DNA of 62,314 bases, filler included, from Squatina squatina (GCA_031763465.1; 3 parts of 3 records of this genome joined end to end with filler, not necessarily neighbours in it), one strand, 5' to 3'; counted from the whole stretch's first letter, positions 1-11,888 are shown. The notes: generated by a model not told the origin, from the letters alone. Made by a program: numbers and translations.

Positions 1-2037
1 CCTTATTTCTCCACTCGGCCTCTCAGGAGGCCATCGAATGGAGAGCCAAACTAGACATCCTATTCTAACCTTTGCCCGTCATAAGAAAGAACTCTTGCCT
101 AACCTGTGCATATATAGCCTAGCTAAGGGGGCCTCTGGGCAGGTTACCTCATAGCAGGCTCGTATAAGCAGATTAAATGGATAAAACACTAGCTTGGGAA
201 CTCAAGGTCTGTGCTAATGGATGGGAGACAGGTCAATTATGTTTCCCAAGGAATGGGGGGGAGGGGCGGAGGAGGAGAAACAAGAGCCACAGCTACTTCA
301 GGTGATTCTGGCGTGGAATCAGCCTGGGAGCAGGGCGCCCACCTACAAACTCAGTGAGAAGGGCAGGGAGAAAATAACGCAGAGAGAGACAACGCAGCAA
401 TCTATTCTCATTAAACCGTTAGTATCCGTTTCAGAAATAATGCAGCGGATTTTAAACTTCACAGGGCCACTTTACCTGTCGGAGATAAAGAAAGAAGCTG
501 GAATACTGGCCTGCTTCAGGCAGGTATGAGAGAAACACTGTAATACAGATCAGCAGAACCGTTGAGTCTTGACCCACTTTCTTCAGAGACTGAAACAAAA
601 TGGGGGATGAGAAAGAGACAACTTAATGAAACAGACAAACTGAGCCAAGACCCCTCAAAGAACAGTCTGTGCATAACTGTTCAACAGTTTTTAAAATCGC
701 CGAAGTGGAGCACTACAGATCTCAATTTTACTTAAAAATTAGCATCTTGTATACACAATTTTTTCCAACTGAAAGTTTGCATTTTTAGAAACACTTGATA
801 ATACTTCAGTGGTGTCTACAGTAAGTACATAGGATGCTTTACCACCCACACATCATCTGTTCTTTGAGAGAATCAAGAGGTTTAAGACTGCCATACAAGC
901 TCTCCCGATGGNNNNNNNNNNNNNNNNNNNNNNNNNNNNNNNNNNNNNNNNNNNNNNNNNNNNNNNNNNNNNNNNNNNNNNNNNNNNNNNNNNNNNNNNN
1001 NNNNNNNNNNNNNNNNNNNNNNNNNNNNNNNNNNNNNNNNNNNNNNNNNNNNNNNNNNNNNNNNNNNNNNNNNNNNNNNNNNNNNNNNNNNNNNNNNNNN
1101 NNNNNNNNNNNNNNNNNNNNNNNNNNNNNNNNNNNNNNNNNNNNNNNNNNNNNNNNNNNNNNNNNNNNNNNNNNNNNNNNNNNNNNNNNNNNNNNNNNNN
1201 NNNNNNNNNNNNNNNNNNNNNNNNNNNNNNNNNNNNNNNNNNNNNNNNNNNNNNNNNNNNNNNNNNNNNNNNNNNNNNNNNNNNNNNNNNNNNNNNNNNN
1301 NNNNNNNNNNNNNNNNNNNNNNNNNNNNNNNNNNNNNNNNNNNNNNNNNNNNNNNNNNNNNNNNNNNNNNNNNNNNNNNNNNNNNNNNNNNNNNNNNNNN
1401 NNNNNNNNNNNNNNNNNNNNNNNNNNNNNNNNNNNNNNNNNNNNNNNNNNNNNNNNNNNNNNNNNNNNNNNNNNNNNNNNNNNNNNNNNNNNNNNNNNNN
1501 NNNNNNNNNNNNNNNNNNNNNNNNNNNNNNNNNNNNNNNNNNNNNNNNNNNNNNNNNNNNNNNNNNNNNNNNNNNNNNNNNNNNNNNNNNNNNNNNNNNN
1601 NNNNNNNNNNNNNNNNNNNNNNNNNNNNNNNNNNNNNNNNNNNNNNNNNNNNNNNNNNNNNNNNNNNNNNNNNNNNNNNNNNNNNNNNNNNNCATGGCAC
1701 TTCAAGGGTGGCTGTTTGGACACTGGCCTTCAGTAGTTGAAGGTGTCGTCAGGGGTAAACTTTGAGTGGGGTTAAAAATATGGCAAGTAAATTTCAGACA
1801 AATGTGGCACCCGAGGAGGTTGCAGTGAGGCCATGCAGGGACTTGTGAATGAGGACAGGGATTCTGAAGTCAGTTCAGTTGGGGCAGGGAGCCAGTGATA
1901 TAATAGGTTTGCCCAACTTGGCATGGGAGAGGACGCAGACAATGGAAGCCTGGAATTATAATTGAAGAGCTCTACTAAAAGCAGGATAAGGGACAGAACA
2001 CATTAAGACGGGCCGGTGAATGAAGTCAGTTACTTAC

Positions 2038-2256
2038 TGCGAAAGGGTCTGCTTGTTCCCATGAAATCGGCGCACCCCAGGAAGCAGGCCTCATCTTCTC
2101 CGGTAAAGATTCTGGCACTGCCACGAGAATGAAACAGATGTCCAGCAAGGCAATGGCAGTGGCCAGGACTACCACGAGGTTGTCTCCATATGCCCTGGAC
2201 AAGTACGCTCCAATGGCCGGGCTGGTCACAAGACTAGCTGCAAACGTTGCAGATAC
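2038..2256 (-). CDS. MFSD14A: Internal coding exon (73 codons) of an MFSD14A/HIAT1-like MFS transporter
   Basis: Translates to VSATFAASLVTSPAIGAYLSRAYGDNLVVVLATAIALLDICFILVAVPESLPEKMRPASWGAPISWEQADPFA, near-identical to HIAT1 as recalled (ASWGAPISWEQ is A-type, not B-type). Donor GCA|GTAAGT at 2037. The expected acceptor reads CCG, not CAG (see findings). Exact paralog uncertain. Confidence 0.9.
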
Positions 2257-2405
2257 CGGCGTTTGGGAGAAGAAAACGGTCTTGACTACCTTCCAGCTCA
2301 GAAAACTTTCTTTTAATTTTTTTTTTTTGAAATTTGGGTAAACTTTGAGCGCATTCAGACTTTCCATTTCAGGCAGGAGATGCCAGTTTCAAATACTTCT
2401 CGGTG

Positions 2406-2582
2406 AGGTACAGCATGGGTTAGATACAGAGTAAAGCTCCCTCTACACTGTCCCAAACACTGCCAGGGCAGGTACAGCACAGGTTAGATACAGAATAAAA
2501 CTCCCTCTACACTGTCCCATCAAACACTCCCAGGGCAGGTACAGCGCGGGTTAGATACAGAGTAACGCTCCCTCTACACTGC
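2406..2582. repeat. Tandem repeat of about 64-67 bp, about 2.7 copies, in the MFSD14 intron
   Basis: Unit CAGGTACAGCACGGGTTAGATACAGAGTAAAGCTCCCTCTACACTGTCCCATCAAACACTCCCAGGG with starts near 2406, 2469 and 2536. Confidence 0.9.
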
Positions 2583-2762
2583 TCGAACCTATCTCAGGCC
2601 CAATTGCTGAAGAGCAGCTTCTACTGCACTGGCCCTATTTAAGATTGCTCTAACGCATTTGACATAGGGCTCTTACAGCCGGAGAGAAAAGTCTCTTATC
2701 TTATGAGCCTGTGCTTAATTTGAGCCTGGGTCCCAGAGGCAAAAAGTCAGTGTATAACAAAC

Positions 2763-3080
2763 GCTCATTGAAACATAAAATTCTTACAGGGCTTAAAGGG
2801 TAGATGCGGGGAGGCTGTTTCCCCTGGCTGCAGAGTCTGGAACTAGAAGCCATAGTCTCCAAAGGGGTCGGCCTTTTAAGGCGGAGATGAGGAGACACTT
2901 CTTCACTCAGAGGGTTGTGAAGCCTTGGAATTCTCTACCCCAAAGGGCTGTGGGTAGTCAGTCATTGAGTGTATTCAAGACCGAGATTGATAGATTTTCG
3001 GGCACTAAGGGAATCAAGAGATATGGGGATAGGGCAGGAAAGTGGAGTTGAGGTCAAGGGTCAGCCATGATCTTATTGAA
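2763..3080 (+). mobile_element. CR1-type LINE 3' fragment
   Basis: Motifs ctcattgaaacata..aaattctt, ttcttcactcagagggttgtg..tggaattctctaccc and tcagccatgatcttattgaa. The same motifs recur in many other copies in this window. Confidence 0.85.
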
Positions 3081-3477
3081 AGAAAGCTTGACAATTAGCA
3101 GCAATGTTCCACAAACAGCAAGGAGAGTAATGACCAGCTGATCTTTCATTGGGTGCTGTTGGTTGATGGAGAAATGTTGGCCAGGATTCAGGACTCCTTG
3201 CTCTTTAAGTGATGCCACGGGACTGTTAACACCTACTTAAGGAGGGAGAGGAGATCTTGGTTTAACGTCCCAGCCGAAAGATGACATGTCCGAGAATACA
3301 ATACTCGTCCAGTGCTGCATCGTACAATAGTACGAGTGATACACAGTGCCTCAGAAGGTGTGGCTGAATCTCCAGTAATGACGATTAGCCAAGGACCCTT
3401 GGTGGTAAAGGCTCTGAATGAGCCTGCACAATGGAATCAGAGATGTCCTTCTCTTTAGCTGTGGTTTTGTGACTTAC

Positions 3478-3592
3478 AAGCCCATAAGCTGTGCTCCTCT
3501 CGTGCTCCTGAGTTATATCTGCTACATAGGCAAAGATCACTGAAAATGTGACGGCAAATACTCCAGACATGGAAATCACTGCAAAGTACCAC
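3478..3592 (-). CDS. MFSD14A: Preceding internal coding exon (115 bp) of the MFSD14A/HIAT1-like gene
   Basis: CAG| then (G)WYFAVISMSGVFAVTFSVIFAYVADITQEHERSTAYGL then |GTAAGT. Splices in phase 0 to the 2256 exon, giving ...AYGL-VSATF... Confidence 0.92.
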
Positions 3593-3739
3593 CTGCGGAG
3601 GAAAGCACAAATAGGAACAGCCAATTTACAAATTGTTGGNNNNNNNNNNNNNNNNNNNNNNNNNNNNNNNNNNNNNNNNNNNNNNNNNNNNNNNNNNNNN
3701 NNNNNNNNNNNNNNNNNNNNNNNNNNNNNNNNNNNNNNN

Positions 3740-4373
3740 CATGGAGTCCAAAAATCTATCCATCTCAGTCTTGAATATACTCAGTGACTCAGCATCCACA
3801 TCCCTTTGGGGTTGAGAATTCCAAAGATTCACAACCCTCAGTGAAGAAATCCTTCATCTCAGTCTTAAATGGCAGACCCCTTAACCTGAGGATATGCTCC
3901 CTAGTTCTGGACTCTCCAGTCACAGGAAACAACCTCTCAGTTTCTACCCAGTCAATCCCCCTCAGTACCTGATATGTGTCAATGAGATCACCTCATTCTT
4001 CTAAACATCAGAAAGTATAGGCCCAATCTACTCAATCTCTCCTCATAGGACAACCCTCTCACCCCATGGATCAATCTAGTGAACCTTTGTTGCACCGAAT
4101 CTAAGGCAAATATGTCCTCCCTCAGATAAGGAGACCAAAACTGCATAGTACTGCAGGTGCGGTCTCACCAAAGTCCTTTACAACTGTAGTAAGACTTCCT
4201 TACTCTTGTACTCCAAACCCCTTGCAATAAAGGCCACCATACTATTTGACTTCCTAATTGCTTGCTGTACCTACATGCTAACTTTCTGTGTTTCCCATAC
4301 GAGGATACCTAAATTTCTCTGAACACCAACATTTAATAGTTTCTCGCCGTTTAAAAAATATTCTGTTTTTCTA
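3740..4373 (-). mobile_element. CR1-type LINE 3' region (end of ORF2)
   Basis: Minus-strand peptides EYFLNGEKLLNVGVQRNLGILV and NLWNSQPQRDVDAESLSIFKTEMDRFL, typical of the CR1 ORF2 C-terminus. Confidence 0.85.
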
Positions 4374-4659
4374 NNNNNNNNNNNNNNNNNNNNNNNNNNN
4401 NNNNNNNNNNNNNNNNNNNNNNNNNNNNNNNNNNNNNNNNNNNNNNNNNNNNNNNNNNNNNNNNNNNNNNNNNTAAGTGGCAATAATGAGCATTGTCTGT
4501 GCAGTCTGAGCTTGTCTCCCAGTTACAGAGTCGCCTTTAATTGGCAGCAATAAGAGGGTTTTTTTTTTGCATTAAACCCACTGTGCAATCCGAGCTTGGC
4601 TCCCAGTTACAGTCAGGAAGGGAGGCGACCTGCGCTCCCCCCTCAGAATGCAGACAGGT

Positions 4660-4745
4660 AGAGGGGGCGCGGCTACATGACGCAACACGCACAGTGTCTT
4701 CCCTGGCCGACGTACGTGCGTGCCCGACGGGATGACGCAAAGCAG
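4660..4745 (+). promoter_or_regulatory. CpG-rich proximal promoter with two ATGACGCAA (CRE/C-EBP-type composite) sites flanking a TACGTG HRE-like site
   Basis: ATGACGCAA at 4677-4685 and 4732-4740; ACGTACGTGCGTG at 4710-4722; locally CpG-dense, about 110 bp upstream of the ATG at 4851. Confidence 0.55.
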
Positions 4746-4850
4746 GGTCTGTTCAGCTGGAGAGAGGAGAGAAAGAGAAACGAAAAGGGAAGGAAAGGAA
4801 GAAGAAAGGACGAAAGAAAAGAGTAGAAGGCTGCAGTTGGGGGGGGGAAG

Positions 4851-4890
4851 ATGGAAAGGGAGAGCAGCAGCAGCACTGTGGTGGTCACAG
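4851..4890 (+). CDS. PGPEP1: Probable first coding exon of pyroglutamyl-peptidase I (PGPEP1 or its paralog PGPEP1L)
   Basis: Good Kozak context aagATGG; MERESSSSTVVVT+G followed by strong donor CAG|GTGAGT. PGPEP1 proteins begin ...VVVT-GFGPF. Human PGPEP1 lies at 19p13.11 with CILP2 and MAU2, both in this segment. Only 13 codons are available. Confidence 0.6.
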
Positions 4891-5407
4891 GTGAGTCCCT
4901 GGGCCACTAGCTGCTGCACTTTGTTACTGTAACCTGTCACTGGATACATGTAGGAGGCACCCACTGCCTGGGGCAATCCCCACCTGCGGGCGGCCACACT
5001 GCAACAACTTTACTGAGAGTGTGGGACAGGGAAACCCCAAACTTCTTTGTGTATTTGCTGTGCTGCAAGTCTGTGCATTGTCTTTTGTAAACTTAAGAAT
5101 GCCTTTCTTAAACTTAAGGTTTTTTTTTAAACAATATTGCTGTCTGAGCAAAGATTTTAAGTACAGCTCTTTTATATTGCAACAAGTGAGATTTTTTTTT
5201 AAAGTTTCAGAAAATAGTGTAAGTTACAAAATAAATATGTAGTAATGTTTGTTTTTTTTATCAACAACAGCCAAGTTTGGAAGTGTCACATTGTTCGAAA
5301 TGGTCATTGCTGATAATCTTAGATTTCTGCAAGTTGGACGCCTCTGAAAAGGACCCAGATAGTGTCAGAGAGGCAAGCCAGAGAGAGGACTAGTCACTGT
5401 TGTAGGT

Positions 5408-5412
<5 letters not shown>

Positions 5413-5439
<27 letters not shown>
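5413..5439. repeat. (TC)n microsatellite
   Basis: Uninterrupted CT dinucleotide run. Confidence 0.9.
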
Positions 5440-5444
<5 letters not shown>

Positions 5445-6104
5445 TGGTCACAGTAGGGGAGCCATTGTGCTAAGTCTGCTGTACTGCATGTGATACAGAG
5501 CCTGCACTAAACAAAGGGACAAGGGAGTTGGGCAGAGACTGGGGCCAGACAGTAAAATTAGGGAGAGGAGACCAAGCATGAAAGGCTTGGGATTGTTGAG
5601 CGTCTGCAGAAGGCAGACTCTTGCAGTGTTGTGACGACTTGCCTGACTGCCAATAGTTGGGGCATGCAGAGCATTTAACTAGTTGGAGAAAGCAAAATGA
5701 GACTGGGGGGAGGGAAGGAATAGCACCGAGCGAGACAAAGCAGAGATGAGAGTGTTGTACTCAAATTAAACTTGGGGATCACATTCTTTACAAGTGGCTT
5801 CAAGAATTTTTTTTAAAGTTAGCTGTGCTTACTGGCAGGGATTTCCAAGTTCAGTGCTTTCACCCAAACTGAAAACTTTGAGGCTGTGTGATGTTTGGAG
5901 TCTATACTGCTTTTCAGGCTTTTATTTTACAGAGTTCTGGACCATATTCAGGAGAGTAATGACAGTGGGAAAGGGGAAAGCAACTGACTTAAAGTGAAGG
6001 GGAGNNNNNNNNNNNNNNNNNNNNNNNNNNNNNNNNNNNNNNNNNNNNNNNNNNNNNNNNNNNNNNNNNNNNNNNNNNNNNNNNNNNNNNNNNNNNNNNN
6101 NNNN

Positions 6105-9100
6105 ATGTGAGGGACCAGCATATAGTGTAAAGGGATGAGGGTATAGTGTGAGGGACCAGGTTATAGTGTGAGGAATCAGGGAATAATGTGAGTGACCTGG
6201 GTATGGTGTGAGGAATCAGAGAATAGTGCGAGGGGCCAGGGTATATTGTGCGACCCCAGGTTATAGTGTGAGGGATCAGCGAACAGTGTGAAAGACCAGG
6301 GTATAGTGTGAGGGACCAGGTTATACTGTGAGGAATCAGGGTGTAGTGTGAGGAATCTGGGTGTAGTGTGAGGGGCCAGGATATCGTGTGAAGGGACCAG
6401 GGTATAGTGTGAGAGATCAGCGTATAGTGTGAGGGACCAAGGTATAGTGTGAGGAATCAGGGTATAGTGTGAGGGGCCAGGGCATAGTTTGAGGGACCAG
6501 GATGTAGTGTGAGGTGCCAGGGTAAATTGTGAGCGACCAGGGTATAGTGTGAGTGACCAAGATATAGTGTGAGGGACCAGGGTATAGTGTGAGGAATCAG
6601 AGTATAGTGTGAGGGACCTGGGTTGGTTGTGAGACCAGGGTATGGTTTGAGACCCCCGAGTATAGTGTGAGGGACCAGGGTATATTGTGCGACCCCAGGG
6701 TATAGTGTGAGGGATCAGCGAACAGTGTGAAAGACCAGGTTATAGTGTGAGGGACCAGGTTATACTGTGAGGAATCAGGGTGTAGTGTGAGAGATCAGCG
6801 TATAGTGTGAGGGGCCAGGGCATAGTTTGAGGATCCAGGGTTTAATGTGAGGAATCAGGGTATAGTGTGAGGGGCCAGGGCATAGTGTGAAGAATCAGGG
6901 AAAAGTGTGAGCAACCAGGGTATAGTGTGATAACCCAGGGTATAGTGTGAGGGACCAGGATGTAGTGTGAGGGGCCAGCGCAAAGAGTGAGTGACCAGGG
7001 TATAATGGGAGGGGCCAGGGTATAGTGTGAGTGACCAAGATATAGTGTGAGGGACCAAGATATAGTGTGAGGGACCAGGGTATAGTGTGAGGGACCAGGG
7101 TATAGTGTGAGGGACCAAGATATAGTGTGAGGGACCAGGGTATAGTGTGAGGAATCAGAGTATAGTGTGAGTGACCTGGGTTGGTTGTGAGACCAGGGTA
7201 TGGTTTGAGACCCCCGAGTATAGTGTGAGGGACCAGGGTATAGTGTGAGGAATCAGGGTATAGTGTGAGGGACCAGGGTGTAGTGTGAGGGACCAGCATA
7301 TAGTTTGAGGGAATGGTATAGTGTGAGGCGACAGGGTGTAGTGTGAAGGCCAGGGTATAGTGTGAGGACCTAGAGTATAGTGTGAGGAAACAGAGTATAG
7401 TGTGAGGGACCAGGATATAGTGTGAGGAATCAGGGTTCAGTGTGAGTGATCAGCGTATAGTGTGATGGAGCAGGGTGTGTTGTGAGATCTCAGGATATAA
7501 TGTGAGGGACCAGGGTATAGTTTGAGGGACCACGGTATAGTGTGAGGGACCAGGGTTGGTTGTGAGACCAGGATATAGTGTGAGAGACCAGGGTGTGGTT
7601 TGAGACCCCAGAGTATAGTGTGGGGGACCAGGGTATAGTGTGAGGAATCAGGGTATAGTGTGAGTGATCAGCTTATAGTGTGATGGAGCAGGGTGTGTTT
7701 TGAGATCTCAGGATATAGTGTGAGTGACCAGGGTATAGTGTAAGGGACCAGGGGATAGTGTAAACGGCCAGGATATAGTGTGAGACACCAGCATATAATG
7801 TGAGATACCAGTGTTTAATGTGAGGGACCAGGGTATAGTATGAGGGGCCAGGATATCGTGTGAAGGGACCAGAGTATATTGTGAGTAATCATGGTATAAT
7901 ATGAGGATTCGGGAAATAGCATGGTTGATCAGTGTATAGTGTGCGCACCAGTGTATAGTGTGAGCGACCAGGGTATAGTGTGAGGAATCAGGGTGTAGTG
8001 TGTGGGACCAGGGTGTAGTGTCAGGAATCAAGGAATAGTGTGACGAATCAGGGTATAGTGTGAGTGATCAGCGTATAGTGTGATGGAGCAGGGTGTGTTG
8101 TGAGATCTCAGGATATAGTGTGAGGGACTCGGGTACAGTGTGAGCAACCAGTGTATTGTGTGAAGGACCAGAGTATGGTGTGAGTAATCAGGGTATAATG
8201 TGAGGAATCAGGGAATAGTGTGAGTGATCAGCATATAATGTGCACATCAATATATAGTGTGAGGGTCCAGGGTGCAATGTGAGTGTTCACTATATAGTGT
8301 GAGGGAGCAGGGTGTGTTGTGAGCTATCAGGATATAGTGTAAACACCAGCATATAATGTGAGATACCAGTGTTTAATGTGAGGGACCGGGGTATAGTATG
8401 AGGGGCCAGGATATCGTGTGAAGGGACCAGGGTATAGTGTGAGACTCCAGGGTACAGTGCGAGGGACCAGGGTATAGTGTGAGGAATCAGCTTATAGTGT
8501 GAGAGATCAGCGTATAGTGTGAGGGAACAGGGTATAGTGTGAGGGTCCAGGGAATAGTGTGAGAGATCAGCGTATAGTGTGAGGGAACAGGGTATAGTAT
8601 GAGGGCCGGGGTATAGTGTGAAAGACCAGAGTATCGTCTGAGGGGCCAGGGTACAGTGTGAGTAATCAGGGTATAATGTGAGGAATCATGGAATAGTGTC
8701 AGTGATCAGCGTATAGTGTGCGCACCAATGTATAGTATGAGAGACCAGGGTGTGTTGTGAGTTATTAGGATATAGTGTGAGACACCAGCATATAACGTGA
8801 GATACTAGTGTTTAATGTGAGAGACCTGTGTATAGTATGAGGGGCCAGGATATCATGTGAACGGACCAGGGTATATTGTGAGACCCTAGGGTATAGTGTG
8901 AGGGACCAGGGTATAGAGTGAGTCCCCAGGGTATAGCGTGAGGGCCCAGGGTATAGTGTGAGGGATTAGCGAATAGTGTGAGAGAACAGAGTATAGTTTG
9001 AGGGACTAGGGTATACTGTGAGGAATAAGGGTGTAGTGTGAGGAATCAGGGTGTAGTGTGAGTGCCAGGATATCGTGTGAAGGGACCAGGGTATAGTTTG

Positions 9101-10847
9101 AGAGATTAGCGTATAGTGTGAGGGACCAGGATATAATGTGAGGAATCAGGATATAGTGTGAGGAATCAGGTTTTCGTGTGAAGGGACCAGGTTATAATAA
9201 AGAGATCAGCGTATAGTGTGAGGGACTAGGGTATAGTGTGAGAGATCAGGGTATAGTGTGAGAGATCAGGGTATAGTGTGAGGGAACAGGGTATAGTGTG
9301 TGGGGCCAGGGTGTAGTGTCAGGTATCAAGGAATAGTGTGACGAATCAGGGTATAGTGTGAGCGACCAGCGTTTAGAGTGAGGGTCCAGGGTGTAATGTG
9401 AATGTTCAGTATATATTGTGAGGGAGCAGGGTGTGTTGTGAGTTATCAGGATATAGTGTGAGACACCAGCACATAAAGTGAGATACCAGTGTTTAATGTG
9501 AGGGACCAGTGTATAGTATGAGGGGCCAGGATATCATGTGAAGGGACCAGAGTATAGTGTGAGTAATCAGGGTATAATGTGAGGACTCAGGGAATAGTGT
9601 GAGTGATCAGCGTATAATGTGCACACCAATGTATAGTGTGAGGGTCCAGGGTGTAATGTGAGTGTTCAGTATATAGTGTGAGGCAGCAGGGTGTGTTGTG
9701 AGCTATCAGGATTTAGTGTAAACACCAACATATAATGTGAGATACCAGTGTTTAATGTAAGGGACTGGGGTATAGTATGAGGGGCCAGGATATCATGTGA
9801 AGGGACCAGGGTATAGTGTGAGACTCCAGGGTATAGTGCGAGGGAACAGGGTATAGTGTGAAGGTCCAGGGTATAGTGTGAGGAATCAGCTTATAGTGTG
9901 AGGAATCAGCGTATAGTGTGAGGGAACAGGGGATAGTGTGAGGAATCAGCTTACAGTGTGAGAGATCAGCATATAGTGTGAGGGAACAGGGTATGGTGTG
10001 AGGGCCGGGGTATAGTGTGTGGCCACAGGTTATAGGGTGAGGGATCAGTGTATGGTGTGAGGAATCAGAGAATAGTGCGAGGGGGCAGGGTATATTGTGC
10101 GACCCCAGCGAATAGTGTGAGAGAACAGAATATAGTTTAAGGGACCAGGGTATACTGTGAGGAATCAGGGTGTAGTGTGAGGAATCAGGGTGTAGTGTGA
10201 GTGCCAGGATATCGTGTAAAGGGACCAGGGTATAGTTTGAGAGATTAGCGTATAGTGTGAGGGACCAGGGTATAGTGTGAGGAATCAGGATATAGTGTGA
10301 GGAATCAGGTTTTCGTGTGAAGGGACCAGGGTATAGTGTAAAGGGACGAGGGTATAGTGTGTGGGATCAGGCTACAGTGTGCGGCCACAGGGTATAGTGT
10401 GAGTGACCCGGGTATAGTGTGAGGGACCAGTGTATAGTGTGAGGAATCAGGGTGTAGTGTGAGGAATCAGGGTGTAGTGTGAGGGGCCAGGATATCGTGT
10501 GAAGGGACCAGGATATAATGTGAGAGATCAGCGTATAGTGTGAGGGACCAGGGTATCGTGTGAGAGATCAGGGCATAGTGTGAGGGAACAGGGTATAGTG
10601 TGAGCGACCAGGGTATAGTGTGAGGAATCAGGGTGTAGTGTGTGGGGCCAGGCTGTAGTGTCAAGTATCAAGGAATAGTGTGAGAAATCAGGGTATAGTG
10701 TGAGTGATCAGCGTAAAGTGTGATGGAGCAGGGTGTGTTGTGAGATCTCAGGATATAGTGTGAGGGACTAGGGTACAGTGTGAGCAACCAGTGTATTGTG
10801 TGAAGGACCAGAGTATGGTGTGAGTAATCAGGGTATAATGTGAGGAA
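6105..10847. repeat. 20-bp G-rich minisatellite/satellite, consensus GTGTGAGGGACCAGGGTATA, with higher-order block duplications
   Basis: Over 200 degenerate 20-mers fill the whole contig, which is truncated by gaps at both ends. Confidence 0.97.
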
Positions 10848-10947
10848 NNNNNNNNNNNNNNNNNNNNNNNNNNNNNNNNNNNNNNNNNNNNNNNNNNNNN
10901 NNNNNNNNNNNNNNNNNNNNNNNNNNNNNNNNNNNNNNNNNNNNNNN

Positions 10948-11888
10948 GAGACCCCGGGTTAAAGTGTGAGAGAACCTGGTACAGTGTGAGGGATCAGGGT
11001 GTAGTGTGAGGGACCACAGTATTGCGTGAGAGCCCAGGGCATGGTGTTAGTGACCAGGGTATAGTGTGATGGTCCAGATTATAGTGTCATGGTCCAGGGT
11101 ATAATGTGAGGGTCCAGGGTATAGTGTGAGACCCCAGGGTATAGTGTGAGTGACCAGAGTATAGTGTGAGAGACCAGGGTATAGTGTGAGTGACCAGGGT
11201 ATAGATTAGGGATCGAGTATAGTGTCAGACACCAGGGTATAGTGTGAGACCCCAGTGTATAGTGTGAGGGTCCAGGGTATTGTGTGAGACCCCAGGGTAT
11301 AGTGTGAGGGTCCAGGGTATAGTGTGAGCGAACAGGATATAGTGTGAGCAGCCAGGTTATAGTGTAGGAGACCAGGGTATCGCGTGAGAGCCCAGGGCAT
11401 GGTGTTAGTGACCAGGGTATAGTGTGATGGTCCAGAGTATCGTGTCATGGTCCAGGGTATAGTGTGAGGGTCCAGGGTATAGTGTGAGACCCCAGGGTAT
11501 AGTGTGAGTGACCAGGGTATAGTGTGAGAGACCAGGGTATAGTGTGAGTGACCAGGGTATAGATTAGGGATTGAGTATAGTGTCATACACCCGGGTACAG
11601 TGGGAGAGACCAGGGTACAGTGTGAGACCCCAGGGTATAGTGTGAGGGTCCAGGGTATAGTGAGAGCAAACAGGGTATAGTGTGAGGGTCCAGGGTATAG
11701 TGTGAGACCCCCGGGGTATAGTGTGAGAGTCCAGGGTATAGTGTGAGACCTCAGGGTATAGTGTGAGGGACCAGGGTATAGTGTGAGAGACCAGGGTACA
11801 GTGTGAGAGACTAGGGTACAGTGTGAGAGGCCAGTGTATAGTGTGAGGGACCAGGGTATTGTATCGGTAACCAGGGTACAGTGTGAGG
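10948..11888. repeat. Second contig of the same 20-bp satellite family, with a different variant set
   Basis: Same TATAGTGTGAG..CCAGGG period, enriched in GAGACC/GGGTCC variants; internal 358-bp block duplication (11024 vs 11382). Confidence 0.95.

Noticed and set aside
834-1765. Long ORFs made mostly of X (also at about 26045-26851, 31134-32282, 36823-37708 and most 100-N gaps)
   Set aside because: Artefacts of translating N runs, which contain no stop codons.
6105-11888. Possible CRISPR-like or telomeric array
   Set aside because: No unique spacers and no cas genes, the host is a vertebrate, and the unit is not TTAGGG.
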